DNA from: the human T2T-CHM13v2.0 reference genome, Homo sapiens
Strand: one strand, 5' to 3'
Length of the DNA: 64,000 nt
NCBI RefSeq assembly: GCF_009914755.1
Contig: NC_060941.1
The notes under the pieces are model-generated. The model had not been told where the DNA came from, searched no databases, and was given only the letters and a program-made list of their open reading frames with translations. This document shows, piece after piece, positions 38,675 to 51,775 of this stretch (positions are counted from its first letter, which is position 1; each line of letters starts with the position of its first letter). A program made the position numbers and the translations under genes.

Positions 38675-38780
38675 TTTTGAGAAAACTGGACCAACCCTAC
38701 TAGACAGACTTCGGTGGAGAGGCAGATGCCTCAGCACTGGTAAAAATATCAAAAAGGAGTGAAGCTGGGCACTTATTATC
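38675..38780 (+). repeat. Local duplication pair 3, copy B
   Basis: Copy of 36552-36658, abutting a 13-bp perfect inverted repeat at 38644-38675. Confidence 0.92.
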
Positions 38781-40991
38781 TGGAATCCTTCCTCTTTTCT
38801 TGTCTTGTGGACTTGGGCAGCTCACGTGACCTCTCTGGGCACTGGTTTCATCACCTGCAGCCACACAATGATGGATTTGGGCTAGATGGCCACCAAGCAT
38901 TTTTCAGCTCTAACAGTCTGCAAATGACATGAGATTTTCTCACCTTTGAGCCATATAGGAATTCCCTTAGCAGAGAAAGAATAGCCTGTGTGGGAAACTA
39001 TGAATTTTACCTTATTGCTTTCCCTAAATAATGCCAGGGGTGCCTTAGCCCACCCAGAGCTTTGCTGTAAGTAGGACAATTGCTCAACCCATTCTGCTAA
39101 CCAAGTTTTCTCATTACCCTTTTCCTCTGGAAGTTTTGAGCCCATCCTGCTACATCTGCAAGATATGAGACAATGAGAGGTTATGGGATGACACGCTTGT
39201 TTCTTCTGGCTTCCTGGCATTGCCTCTTCTGACAATGTGAGTCTATGGTACCCACTGTAGGTCAGGGTATTTTCAGGAGTATATTTTCAGGAGTATTCAT
39301 CATATGGACTTTCCTTTTGCACTATCCACTGAGTTTCCAAACAGCAAGATTTTACTTTCCTATTCAAACTAAAACTCCTACTTGTCTAGGAGTTTCAGTT
39401 TTAAGAATTAAAGTACAAGTAACTGGTCATTTAGTCTTGTCTCATCACTGGTCCTACATAAAATGCAATTAACAATGAATTATACTTAATATGGTGTTAA
39501 AATAAGAATGTTCTGGTCTCAGCTTCTATCTTGACTGTGTGTATGCATATGTGTAAATGTGTGTGTGTGTGCACACACGTGTGTGAGTGTACCCTGGAGT
39601 CGATTTACTCCTGAGAGTAGGTGTAAATTTATAATCTGAAAATGATTTATAGCTGAAAAATGCATATTGACTTTGTCTTACAAACTCAGCCAAATATTTT
39701 CTTTAGTACCACTCTGAAGACTATCATCTGCCTCTAATTGATTTTAAGATGCAAGGATTTCTCAGAACCTGGGAAGTGTGGTTGGAAACTATCACATACT
39801 TACCAAATATGGGCATGGGTTTCAAAAGGTTAAGAAATAACTACATCATTTGAAACTGGATAACCAAACATTTTCAGGAAATTGACTTTTCTTATGACAT
39901 GGACAAGGTTTCACATAATATTTCAGCTGTTTGGGGAATATTTCGCTACTTTCACCACTGTCCATTTCCACCCAAATTCAGGTGCTGTGGTTTTGCTTTG
40001 TAAACCTTCATTGTTCAGCTGGGTGCTAAGGACTTCTACTGTCTGTTTTGGGGGATTTAACGAACATCCTGGATGGTTGAAAACGGGCAGTAAGAGGAAA
40101 ATTGGGCATGTAGGGAAATTTGGATGGGCATGACAAAGCTGAGAAGCCCAGGCTGGCATCTGTGCTGAACAATGCACTGTAGATGTTCAGGCGTCTGTTG
40201 AAGGAAGACCCTCACTGCGTGGCAGCAAGACTAACAGGATCTTGACTCCTCAACAGGAACATCGTACTGTGCTATACTCATTGGAAGGGTGAGGAATGGT
40301 CTGGGAGAGATGGCTCACCTTCCACAGGGCTCCCAGGCACTGCCCGGAGATACTGGAGAGTATGCCCTTCCAGCCATACTAACCCCAGCTGGGCACTCTG
40401 GTCCCAGCCACTCCAATTTCCATGAAGCCCAAGTCTCATACCCCTTGTCCCACCCCCTGTCCACATTGGATCCCTTTCTTCTAGCATGACAGGTAGCCTG
40501 GTTCCTTCCAGAGTATTTTTCTGGTCTATTGTTACAACTTAAACTTACACTTTGTTTCTCTTGGGCTTTCCCCTTTGATGCCCAGTTTGAAAGTTAAGAA
40601 TGAACATTTGGTATTTCTCTTTACATTCCCACTATAACAACTCCAATGCCATTGAAGGTGATGTTGATATATATGATTGGTTAATGGACAAGTCATTTAC
40701 AAGTAAATGAGGGAAAGAAATGCAAAGAGATTAAAATCCTAAGAGTATCTCAATATATTCAGACTCATTTGATGTTAGTTGCTTCTAATACCTTTTACCA
40801 ATTTATCATTTAATTTGTATGTTTCCTTATGAGTTTTTGCTCTTTCTTTTTTGATAAAATGTTTCCCTCTTTATATATTTTTTAACTTAAAGACAGCAGA
40901 GTGTGTAATATTTTTGGAGTCAGGGCTATGTTTACGTTTCTTATTGTATGCTTAGCAGGATTTTCCCTTTCCATTTAAAAAAAAAAATCAC

Positions 40992-41524
40992 TGTGGTAGG
41001 GAATTTTCTAATTATTTCTCTGTCACTCAGTCCCTATAAATTCTCTCTCAATTCAGAAGGTAAAAATGCTAGATTTTCACTTCCCCAGCTTCCTTTGCAG
41101 CTGAAGTGGTCATGTGACTCAGCCCTGGCCAATGAGAGAAAGCAGACTATTCTGGGGGGTTTCTGGGAAAGATTTTTCCTTGGTTATAAAAAGAGAGATC
41201 TACCAAGGAGTGGCCTCCTACTGTCCTTGTTACCTCCTTCCTTCTTGTTTGGGGGAGTAAGTCCCATTTAAACAGAATGCTTGGAGCTGTGATAGTCATA
41301 TTGCTTCCATGAGAAGGTGTACCTGAGGACAAAAAGTCAAACAGATGAGGACGGCACAATCAAAGAATATAAGAGCCTTGGTGACATTGTTAGACCTCTG
41401 AATCAACCTGCAATCGCCTTCCTCCAGAATGCTTGTGATAGGATATATGCAAAGCCTTCATGTGTTAAGACACTGTGACTCAGGTAGCTGATGACTTACA
41501 GATAAAAAAAAATCTCACTGATAC
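40992..41524 (+). mobile_element. Old MaLR LTR (MLT1J/K/L-like)
   Basis: CCCAGCTTCCTTTGCAGCT...GGTCATGTGACTCAG...TGGCCAATGAGA...TTCTGGGAAAGATTTT. Confidence 0.6.
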
Positions 41525-42529
41525 TCTCACTCATATTTTCTTTTAGTTTGTGTGTGTCATTTAATCCAAATTCATTTAGGATTTGTTTTGTTATCTGTTG
41601 TGAAGTTTGTTTTTTTGTAAATGCTTAATGAATTTTCCCATGAACATTTACTTAAGGATTCATATTTTATTTAATGTTTCAAAATGTCACCTTTATCATA
41701 TATTAAATTTTTATCTATAATAGAATATCATCAAGCCTCAAATTTCTCATTAATAAAAGTATAATAATAATAGTACTTATAAGGTTGAGAGATAATGCTT
41801 ATAAATTTCTAAGCCCAGGTCCTGGCACATAGTAAATATAAAATGTATGATAACTATTATTATTACTCATTTTCATTTCTATTATTAAATGATTTCTATC
41901 TATAAACACATTAATTGGTTTTATTTTCTTTGTTTTCTGTCTTTGGCTACATATTTTCATTATATTCTGTTTTTAATTCTAATGGCAGTTAGCTTTATAC
42001 TTGGAAAAATTATGTTTGACCTCTTTTTCCTTAACTGTAAAATCAAGCATAAAAATGGCATTTTTAAGCCTTTCCTATTCCAAATATGCAGTTTAACACT
42101 TTTTCAAATTCCACACTTACCTATTGCTCACTTCCTCTTCTTACTTCCTGTATTTAGTTAGTAAAGTCTGGGATTTCAGACCAATGTTATTATAATTAAA
42201 TTTTGTTTTATCTTAAATATATTGTTCTTCAAGACCAGTCTTTACATTTGTATTTAGTTTGGAAACCATATTAAGCAACTTATTCAAACTTGATTTCATG
42301 TTTATTGGCTATATGTTTATCACATCCACTCATTCTTTTTTTATCAGAGTGTATACCATCTTACAGCTTCTTTTTGCTTCTCTCAGATGTTTGGAGTCTA
42401 TTTTAAATAACCATCTTTAAGAAAGACACATGAGGACATGTCAGTGACAACTTGTCTTTTAGAGAATGTCTTCCTATTGTCTTTATATGAAAAAATTACA
42501 GAAGGAAATCTGGGATCACCAAAGGGAAG

Positions 42530-43230
42530 TGAAAAGTAGAAGATAAGGTCAGAGAGATAATGCTAGAGAAGGGATGATTGCCAATAGGTGGTCAATAGGG
42601 TGGATCTCCTTAAGCTTATGAAAGATTTGGGCTTTTTCACTGTAAATATCCAGGAGAGCCATTGAATGGTTTTGAGCTGAGGAATGGTGTTCTAACTTTC
42701 ACTTTTAAATGATAATTCTGGCTACTGTCATTAATGGGCAAGAGACCATTGTAATCATCAAAACGAGACATGGAGATGATGATGTCAGGGTGGGAGCAGT
42801 AGAGTTTCTGAATATGCTTTGAGGGTGGAGACAACAGGATTTTCCTAATGGATTTAATGTCACATCGGAGAGAGGAGATGGCTTGACCCTGAGACTTGGG
42901 TTCTGAATGACTGAAAGAATGAACCTTCCATCAACTGACATGTGGAAGGCTATGGGTAGAGTAGCTTTCAGGGAAGGGGGACACCAGGAGTTCAGTTTTA
43001 GATGTGATGAGTTTGAGATATCCATTATTAGGTTGACATGAAAGTAACTGCAGTTTTTGTCATTAATTTTAATGGCAAAAAGCACAATTATTTTTGCACC
43101 AATTTAATAGTTAAGTGGAGATGCTTAATCAGCATTTGCATATATAAGCCTGGAGTTTTGGAGAAAGGGCTGGATTGGAGATACTCATTTGGGAATCATC
43201 AGCATCTAGACGGTATTTCAAATCATGAGC
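42530..43230 (-). mobile_element. L2 LINE fragment
   Basis: GGAGAGCCATTGAATGGTTTTGAGC...GGAGTTCAGTTTTAGATGTG...GGGCTGG. Confidence 0.75.
43028..43107. mobile_element. MADE1, full 80-bp mariner MITE
   Basis: TTAGGTTG...TTTTTGCACCAATTTAA near-palindrome with TA on both sides. Confidence 0.9.
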
Positions 43231-44738
43231 CTAGGTAGACTCTCTCAGTAATTTTTTTTTGCTCCCTACATTGAATTCCTATTTTCTCTTTATGCATATT
43301 TGAGTAAGAGTAGAGTTGTATTTTGGTTTGGTTTTGGTTTTTTTAGAGACTAGGTTTATAAAAGACACAAATACATTTTACTGGTCTTGGCCCTATTCAT
43401 TGCCTACTTCAGAGTCAGCTGAATCCTTTCTCCAATCCATAGCTGGAGTGCAGGCTCATATGCTCAGCTCCTAGTCCAGTACAGCAGGTACCCACCTAAT
43501 ACCATTCTGATGTAGTGAGGTGGTATTTGTCTCTCATCTCTGCTGCTGGATACTCTGATGTCTCAAAGTGTTCAAGTGCTTAGAATCCACAATCCAGCAT
43601 GCACTACCCCACAGTCTTTCACCCACCATGGCCAAGCCCTCCAGCCGTTCCTTCTTTTCTTTTTGTTTTTTAATTTTCTGAAGTTATTTCTTTAAGAATT
43701 ACAACAGGCAAAAACTGTATGGTAAATAGATTCCTCCCCAGACTCAGAGCCTGGGGTGAGATACAAAATACCTCCCTACCTGTATTTCAGTGGGAATATT
43801 ATTCATCATGACATACAGCCTGAATTCACCAGGAAGGAAAACCTGGTTGTTCTCCCACCAGCCCCATCTGCCTTGCTCCATGTTCTGGCTTTGGATTGTT
43901 CATAGGAAGAGCTTTAGTCTTGCTCTGTGTTCAAAACTGCTTTAATGGGAAACTAAAAGAGATCCATAAAAAGCTACTAGTCAGATGCCATTTTAAGCCA
44001 GTTCAATGGCAAAACACAGTCACAGAACACATAGTTTGTGTTAATGCCATAGATTTCTAAACTCTCATCAGCAAAGCCATCATGCTAAAGTTAACAGAGA
44101 AATTTTAAACAGTTGATAATAAATTTCCTCCCTCAGATCTCTGAACATTTTGTAAACTACCTCATCTTTCTTCCAGCTACAAATAATGTCCAGTTCACTC
44201 TCAGGATTTAGCTCGCCATGGAGGCAAGTTTGTATACATTTTCCCAACAAGGTATAAATCCCATAGCTAGGAAAAAGAGTACTTTTCAGTCTCTAAAGAC
44301 ACACCCATAAATATCCAATGTAAGCAAACTAAAATTAGAACATGCGACCAGTTATGGAGATTTGGTCTGGGCCCCCATTATCCTCCTCCTGTCAACACCC
44401 CTACTTGGAAAATTAACGTTTATTAGGTTCCTATGTCACCCATATTTAAGATTCCTGTAGCACTCACCCTTCTTTATTCCCCCAGAGCCAGGAGAAAGCA
44501 GGATGCTCCTCATCCACCTATCCTTGGACTGTGGAAACTAGGAAAAAATAAAAAGTCATATTTGCACTTTTATGATCCAAGATGCAGCTCACCAAGTGCA
44601 ATTTTCTATGCAACATGCAAACTAAGTCCAATAAGTAAAGGATTAATGCGTGAAGAATTCATGATCAAGGTCACACTCAATCAAAGACTTGCTAGAGGTG
44701 TTTGGGAATTGCGTATATGTTGCTAGTGGGTTGCTTAG

Positions 44739-45086
<348 letters not shown>

Positions 45087-45940
45087 TTATAGTTGAGGTA
45101 GATAATAACAAAGCAAAAGGAAAACAAAGTCACAGCAACACAGAAGATAAAGGGCAAAACTCAGAAGGCAGGTGTAAATTTTTCTTCCTTTGAGTTTCCA
45201 GAGTTTTACTTCTTTTGAAACCCTTCTTTTACTTTTACTACAATGTTTTGCCCTTACTGGAACTTGAAGTTATCCCTTGGAAGCCCATTTTGGTGCTTTG
45301 CATGCGGTAGTCCTCTATAAATGCTTGTTGAATTAAACAGAAGATTTGTAATGTGGTAGATTAGCACACATGTGTGCACACACGTGTGGTTAAATTTTTT
45401 TCAGTCATGTCTAAGACCAAAGAACAAGAGCAGGTTTGGAATGGAGATTAGTGATACAGAAATGGAGGAAGATTCAAGCTATTAGGTGTAATGTAAGGGG
45501 TTATTGAAATGGCTTACTACAAGCAGAGAAAGGAAGTGGAAAATGAAGGAAGGTGACTTCAAAGGATGAAAGAGGAGGCCAAAGAACCAGAGGGGGAAAG
45601 GAAAAGATTTAACAGAGTAAGAACAAGGAAGACGTTGAAGATAAAGAGATTATAGGCAAAGAAAGAGAGTTCAGAGCTAAAGACCTTTGAGATCTTCAGA
45701 GTTCCAAGTGCTGATGAAATCTACAGTGGGGAAGGAACCTGGCTGCACCACACACAGGCTAGGACGTAAACAGCGCTCCCACGTGGTCGACACAAGGACC
45801 CTGAAGAAAGGCTGTCCAAAGAGGGCTGACCTGGAGACAGAGGTTTATGGGGTAAAGGAGATCAAAACCCTCTGTGGCCAAAATTTTAGAATAATCATGG
45901 GTGGAGGGAATCATGGTGGGTGGAGGTGGGATTACGGTAG

Positions 45941-46365
<425 letters not shown>

Positions 46366-46635
46366 TAAATCTTTCTTTACAATAGATAATATAGTACAAA
46401 ATGGAACCTGTTTCTTGAGCCTTACGGTAGGGAGTGGGCAGTTGGGGAAGGTGCTCTTAAATCTTATCTATCCTGTAAGTAAAGAAAAGTAGACCCTTGA
46501 TAAATGTGGTAATTAGAATTGAGGTAAAATAACAATTCTAGAAAAGAACCACAAAAAGGGACATTTTGATAGCCCTAGCCTTACTGCAAATTGAACCTGG
46601 ATGAATGACTATTTTCTACAGTACGGTATATCTTT

Positions 46636-47239
<604 letters not shown>

Positions 47240-50200
47240 TGCTTAAATCAAGTTTAGCCTAAAACTGCCTCCTTACATATTTTAAGTTTGGCCTAAAGGT
47301 TTTTCTGTACATGGTGAACTATAACAAGTGGAGGTATAAACAGACTGTAGCCTGCACTTGTGCCAATCACCAAGTTTTGGCCCATCAAATGTAGCCAACT
47401 GTTATAACCGTGTTCGAATAAGGCAAACACTGGGCTATAACCAATCCAACTGTTTCTCTACCTCACTTCCATTTTCTGTACGTCACTTTCCTTTTTCTGT
47501 CCATAAATCTTCTTCCACCACATGGCCGTGCTGGAGCATACTCTGACTCTGAAGGCTGCCCTATGTGTGAATCGTTCATTGCTCAGTTAAACGCCTTTAA
47601 ATTTAATTCAGCTGATGTTTTTCTTTTATCAGATGAGGATGAGGATGGGATCCAAAGAAGAGCTTCTAACGACCCCCGAGGAATGCTGAGTGACCGAGCA
47701 AGGTACCCACTGAACCCAATTGTGTCCGTTGATCTCTTGGAGCAGCCAGGGATCCTGGTGAGTTCTCTCTGTTTCCAAAGCTGCACAGATTTGTGTTTTA
47801 AGCTCTCCAAGTTCCTTTGAGCAAATTCCTGATCCAAAGTGGATTTGGAAGTCACGACAGAAACTGGACTGGGTCCAAGATTGGATTTGATCTGGTAATT
47901 AACTGGCTTGGATCCAGTTAGAGGCCTCTTACATCTGGGTCAGAAAGAAACCAGTAGTAAATGGCAGTATTGCAGAGGGTATAAAATTTGGCTGTTGGAA
48001 ATTCACAGGAATTTTTGTGTTCTACCCCGTTGTTTCATTTTTATTTTGCACTCAAATATTTAAAAAAAACATCATTGGCTAAGTTAATTAAGAAAACCTG
48101 AAAGGAAAACCAATATTTAGATAAAAACGGGATCCTTAATTTCTGAAGAACTGAGTTCCTTCTGTGTTATATATCCATAAGTATTAGGCCCCGGAAGCAG
48201 CAAAATCTTATCGAAATAGCAAAATCTTACTAAAGATAATTTATAGTGGAACATTCCAAATGAACAACATTGCACTGAAGTGTATTTGAAAATGAAGCCT
48301 TCCTAATTAGCCTCATCTAGGGATGCCTATTGATATGCAGAGGCTTCTAAAAAGATTTCAGTATTTTTATTTGAAGACTTTACAAAAGGCAAATAAAAAG
48401 CTTAAGTGATTAATTGATTAAAAAATTTAAATCTGCCTTGCAGTCTTTGCCGACAGCTATAGGTGACAGGATTAGGCATGTACAGAACCATGGAACATGG
48501 GGAACTTCCTTTCCCCAAAGGGGGAAACTTGAGAGCTGATGGGACTGCTGGAAAAGATCCCTTTGTGACTGACAAGTGGCTGCCTGAACTTTTGATTCAG
48601 TATTGCTGCAATGGGTGAGTCTTTCTCTGGCCTCCTTGAGCTCTTCACCTTCCCCACCCTGCTGCAGGCAATGCTTTTCTTTCTGTTTCTCTCTGTGAAA
48701 ACCGGTTGTGGGAATGGTAAAAATCACCACCTCTCGCAAAGTTTTAATTAATGAGAAAAAGGATTCATGAAGCTAGTCTTAAGCTGTAGCAAATCTAGCG
48801 TACTTTGTGCTATGAATTTGTCTTTTTGTATCCTTCTGTCATGAAGAGGGGTGCCTTAGGATAGAACACGGGCTTGGGACCCCATAAGTTCACTGTTCAA
48901 GACATCCCAGCAAGCTGGTCAGTAAGAAACCTTCCTGCAGGTCCCTGAAACAACAACAACAACTGGATGAGGTTTCCACCTTGTCTTGTTTTATGTCCTT
49001 GGGAGCTTGACCTTGTAACCAAGTGGTGGTACTTTCTCTTGCTCTCCACCATCCAGGGAATGGGAATTTTGGGTTCATGTCAAAGGCATTGCAGGTGCCT
49101 TTGCAAGCTCAACATTAGCTGCTCTGGACTTCTTCTGGGAAGAGCAATGGAGATTGCCCAGCACTGTAGCTTAGTGGCTAAGGCTTTGCTTTTTCACAGC
49201 GGCAACCCAGGTTCACTCCTGGATTAGGGAATCAGTATTTACTGGTTGCTATCTCTGTGACCTTTACCGTTTGTTGATTCTTGGCCCCTCCATGAACAAC
49301 TTCCAGCTTCTCTTCTTCAATCTTCCTTTCTCTCAGCTACCTTTAAAGATTCTAGATCTTATAAAAACTGCTAACCACCTCTTTGAAAACACCTTGTACA
49401 CTGTGGTTAAGTCATAACATTAGTTAAGGCTTGTTGGTTTCAACTGTAACGTTACTTTTGGTAAAGGTTAAAAACCAGATATATTGGCTGTTTGGCCTCG
49501 CTAAAGTGGAGTGACTCGGCTTTCTCTATTGAACAGATTTTTATGTATGTTAAAGGATAATGAAAGAGTTTTGTTTGCCTTTTGAATAAAATACAGAAAA
49601 AAGAAGGGAAAGACAAGAGACAGATGGTTTGGAAAGCTAAGTCTTCTTTCTATCAATGAGTGAATGTTTTTGCCTTTTTAAATTTTTTTGAGTCATCATT
49701 TTGGCTAAATAAATGACTTACGGTGACTTGGAATTCTATTTCATAATATCAAGTATTCTAAACCTTTAACATATTTGATAAGCTTCCCCAAATCAAATTT
49801 CAGCTTCAAAATTGTCTTTTCTGACCTCTAACTTTGGGATGCTACACAGGGCCCCTGAAACATCCAAAAGAGAGGTCAACAGGAATATTTGACATGTGAA
49901 GTTACATGGGAAGCATTGTCAAAATAAAGAATAATGTTTAACCTTCTCTAGGTTATATTTTAGTGAATGATATTAATATATGTTCCAAAATTGTATGGGA
50001 TTTCTAAAATTCTAATATGTCTGAGTATATGTTATCAATCATAATTATGGTTATTATGCTAAGTTATTGTAGACCACAGAAATAACCAAATTTCCATGTC
50101 AATTGTGTCTTTATAACTACTTAAAGTCATTTCCGCAGTTAATTGCTTAATGCTGATGCAGTTTCCGAAAACTTTACAAGCATGCAAAATCCTAGCATAT

Positions 50201-50589
50201 GGTGTCTTTTAGGAGGTTCCTGAAAGGATGGAAAGGACCCTGAAAAGTATTCTTGAACACAGGTTTCTAGTAACTTTAGAATTGTATCATTTGGACCAAG
50301 AATTCCTGGAACTTTAATGAAAAGACTGACTGGTTTATAAAACTGTTAACCCAGGTAGAATAAAAATTAATTGAATACCAAGAAAACACTTTGCCAGATT
50401 TTCATGCTAAATCAGCCAATACTGAAATTGTTTAGATATACAATTTGAATCAACTCTATGGTCTATGTCAAATTACCTATGAAAACCCATCAGTTATCAG
50501 TTCTATGCAACTGAATTGGAGAAACCACTGGTATTCAAGAGGGCATAAGTCCAGTATTAAGCAGGGACTCATGGAGAACCAGGAGGGCA

Positions 50590-50910
50590 GCCTTGGCCTT
50601 CCTGAGTCCTTAAAGCTTTTCTTATTAAAAGTTCTGCATTCCATGACTCATCATGGAAAGGATAAAATGATCCAAATTAAATACATATAGATGTAGTGAC
50701 TTTAAATTGCAAAAATAGTTTATGACCAATGTTTGGTTTGTCGATCCCATATTCCTGGGAAGACAATCAAAGCTTCAAGCACATTTGGCTACCTGATGAA
50801 CCGTTTAAATATTTATAGAGGGATTTCACTCAATTGTCATTTTCAATGCATGTTTTCTGGTTGTATAAAAGCTTTCCCATGCAAGAGAGCTGATGTTATA
50901 ACAGTAGATT
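50590..50910 (+). pseudogene. Degenerate retroviral integrase remnant
   Basis: LPESLKLFLLKVLHSMTHHGKDKMIQI and CLVCRSHIPGK give an HHCC zinc motif; FSGCIKAFP resembles the integrase core; broken by stops and deletions. Confidence 0.75.
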
Positions 50911-51509
50911 ATTATATATGGCACAGTGTATTTTCACCAGGTAAAGAAAGCTTTTTATGGTTCACTGACAGGACAATCAACCCCTTCACAATCTAGAACC
51001 TGAAGACTGGATCTTCTGAGAATGTCAGAGAAAGACTGGCCTTGCCATACACACTGCAACAAAACTTTAGGACCTTGAACCTTGATTTCATAATCTCACA
51101 CCTGAGAAGTTTCCCTCCACACTCTTGGAACTGTACACCCATTGGAACCCTAAAGGTAAAGCCAACCAAAGAAGTTTCTCCCTGGAAGGAGATAGCATCC
51201 TTGATGTGAACAGCTTTTCCCAAGATCACAGATCAAGACTTCTCTACTATCATGAGACTCTTATCTTTGAATAATTTTCCCTTGCTTATGCCTCTGTGAA
51301 CAATAGAAGTGAAAGGGAGGGGGAGTCTGTTGTGTGCACTTATGAGGTATACTTATTTCTGAAGGATTTTGCAGACAGACTTATACATGGATAAACTTCT
51401 GCCTTGATAGATGAAAGATGAAGGCCCAATGTAGGTGAGAAATTTTAATGGTATATACATTGCCTCACAATCAGTCAGAAACAAAGCATTGGTCACTCCT
51501 CTTAATCCA

Positions 51510-51775
51510 CGTCATAGGTTAAAGAGAACATTGCCAGGAGGCCTTCACTCTTCTAAAAGGGCATCATTTGTTAGGTCCTATTTCCATGGCTTGGAGTAAA
51601 AGAGACAGTGATTAGAAATGCATTCCTCATGATAGGCTCTATAGCAGATTCTACTGTAAAGGCTGTGGTTACACAAGACTTTAAATTCTCTTGTGAAAGT
51701 TATGTTAAATAATAGAATTGCTTTAGATTACTTACTGGCTAAACAGAAGTATCTGTACAGCTGCTGACACTTGTG
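51510..51775 (+). pseudogene. Degenerate env remnant (SU/TM junction and TM ectodomain)
   Basis: Furin site RLKR at 51516-51527; LNSLVKVMLNNRIALDYLLAKQ at 51681-51746 resembles the immunosuppressive domain; frameshifted ICTAADTC follows. Confidence 0.85.

Noticed and set aside
39535-39590. Alternating purine-pyrimidine tracts here and at 45364-45388 (Z-DNA candidates)
   Set aside because: Ordinary degenerate (TG/CA)n repeats.
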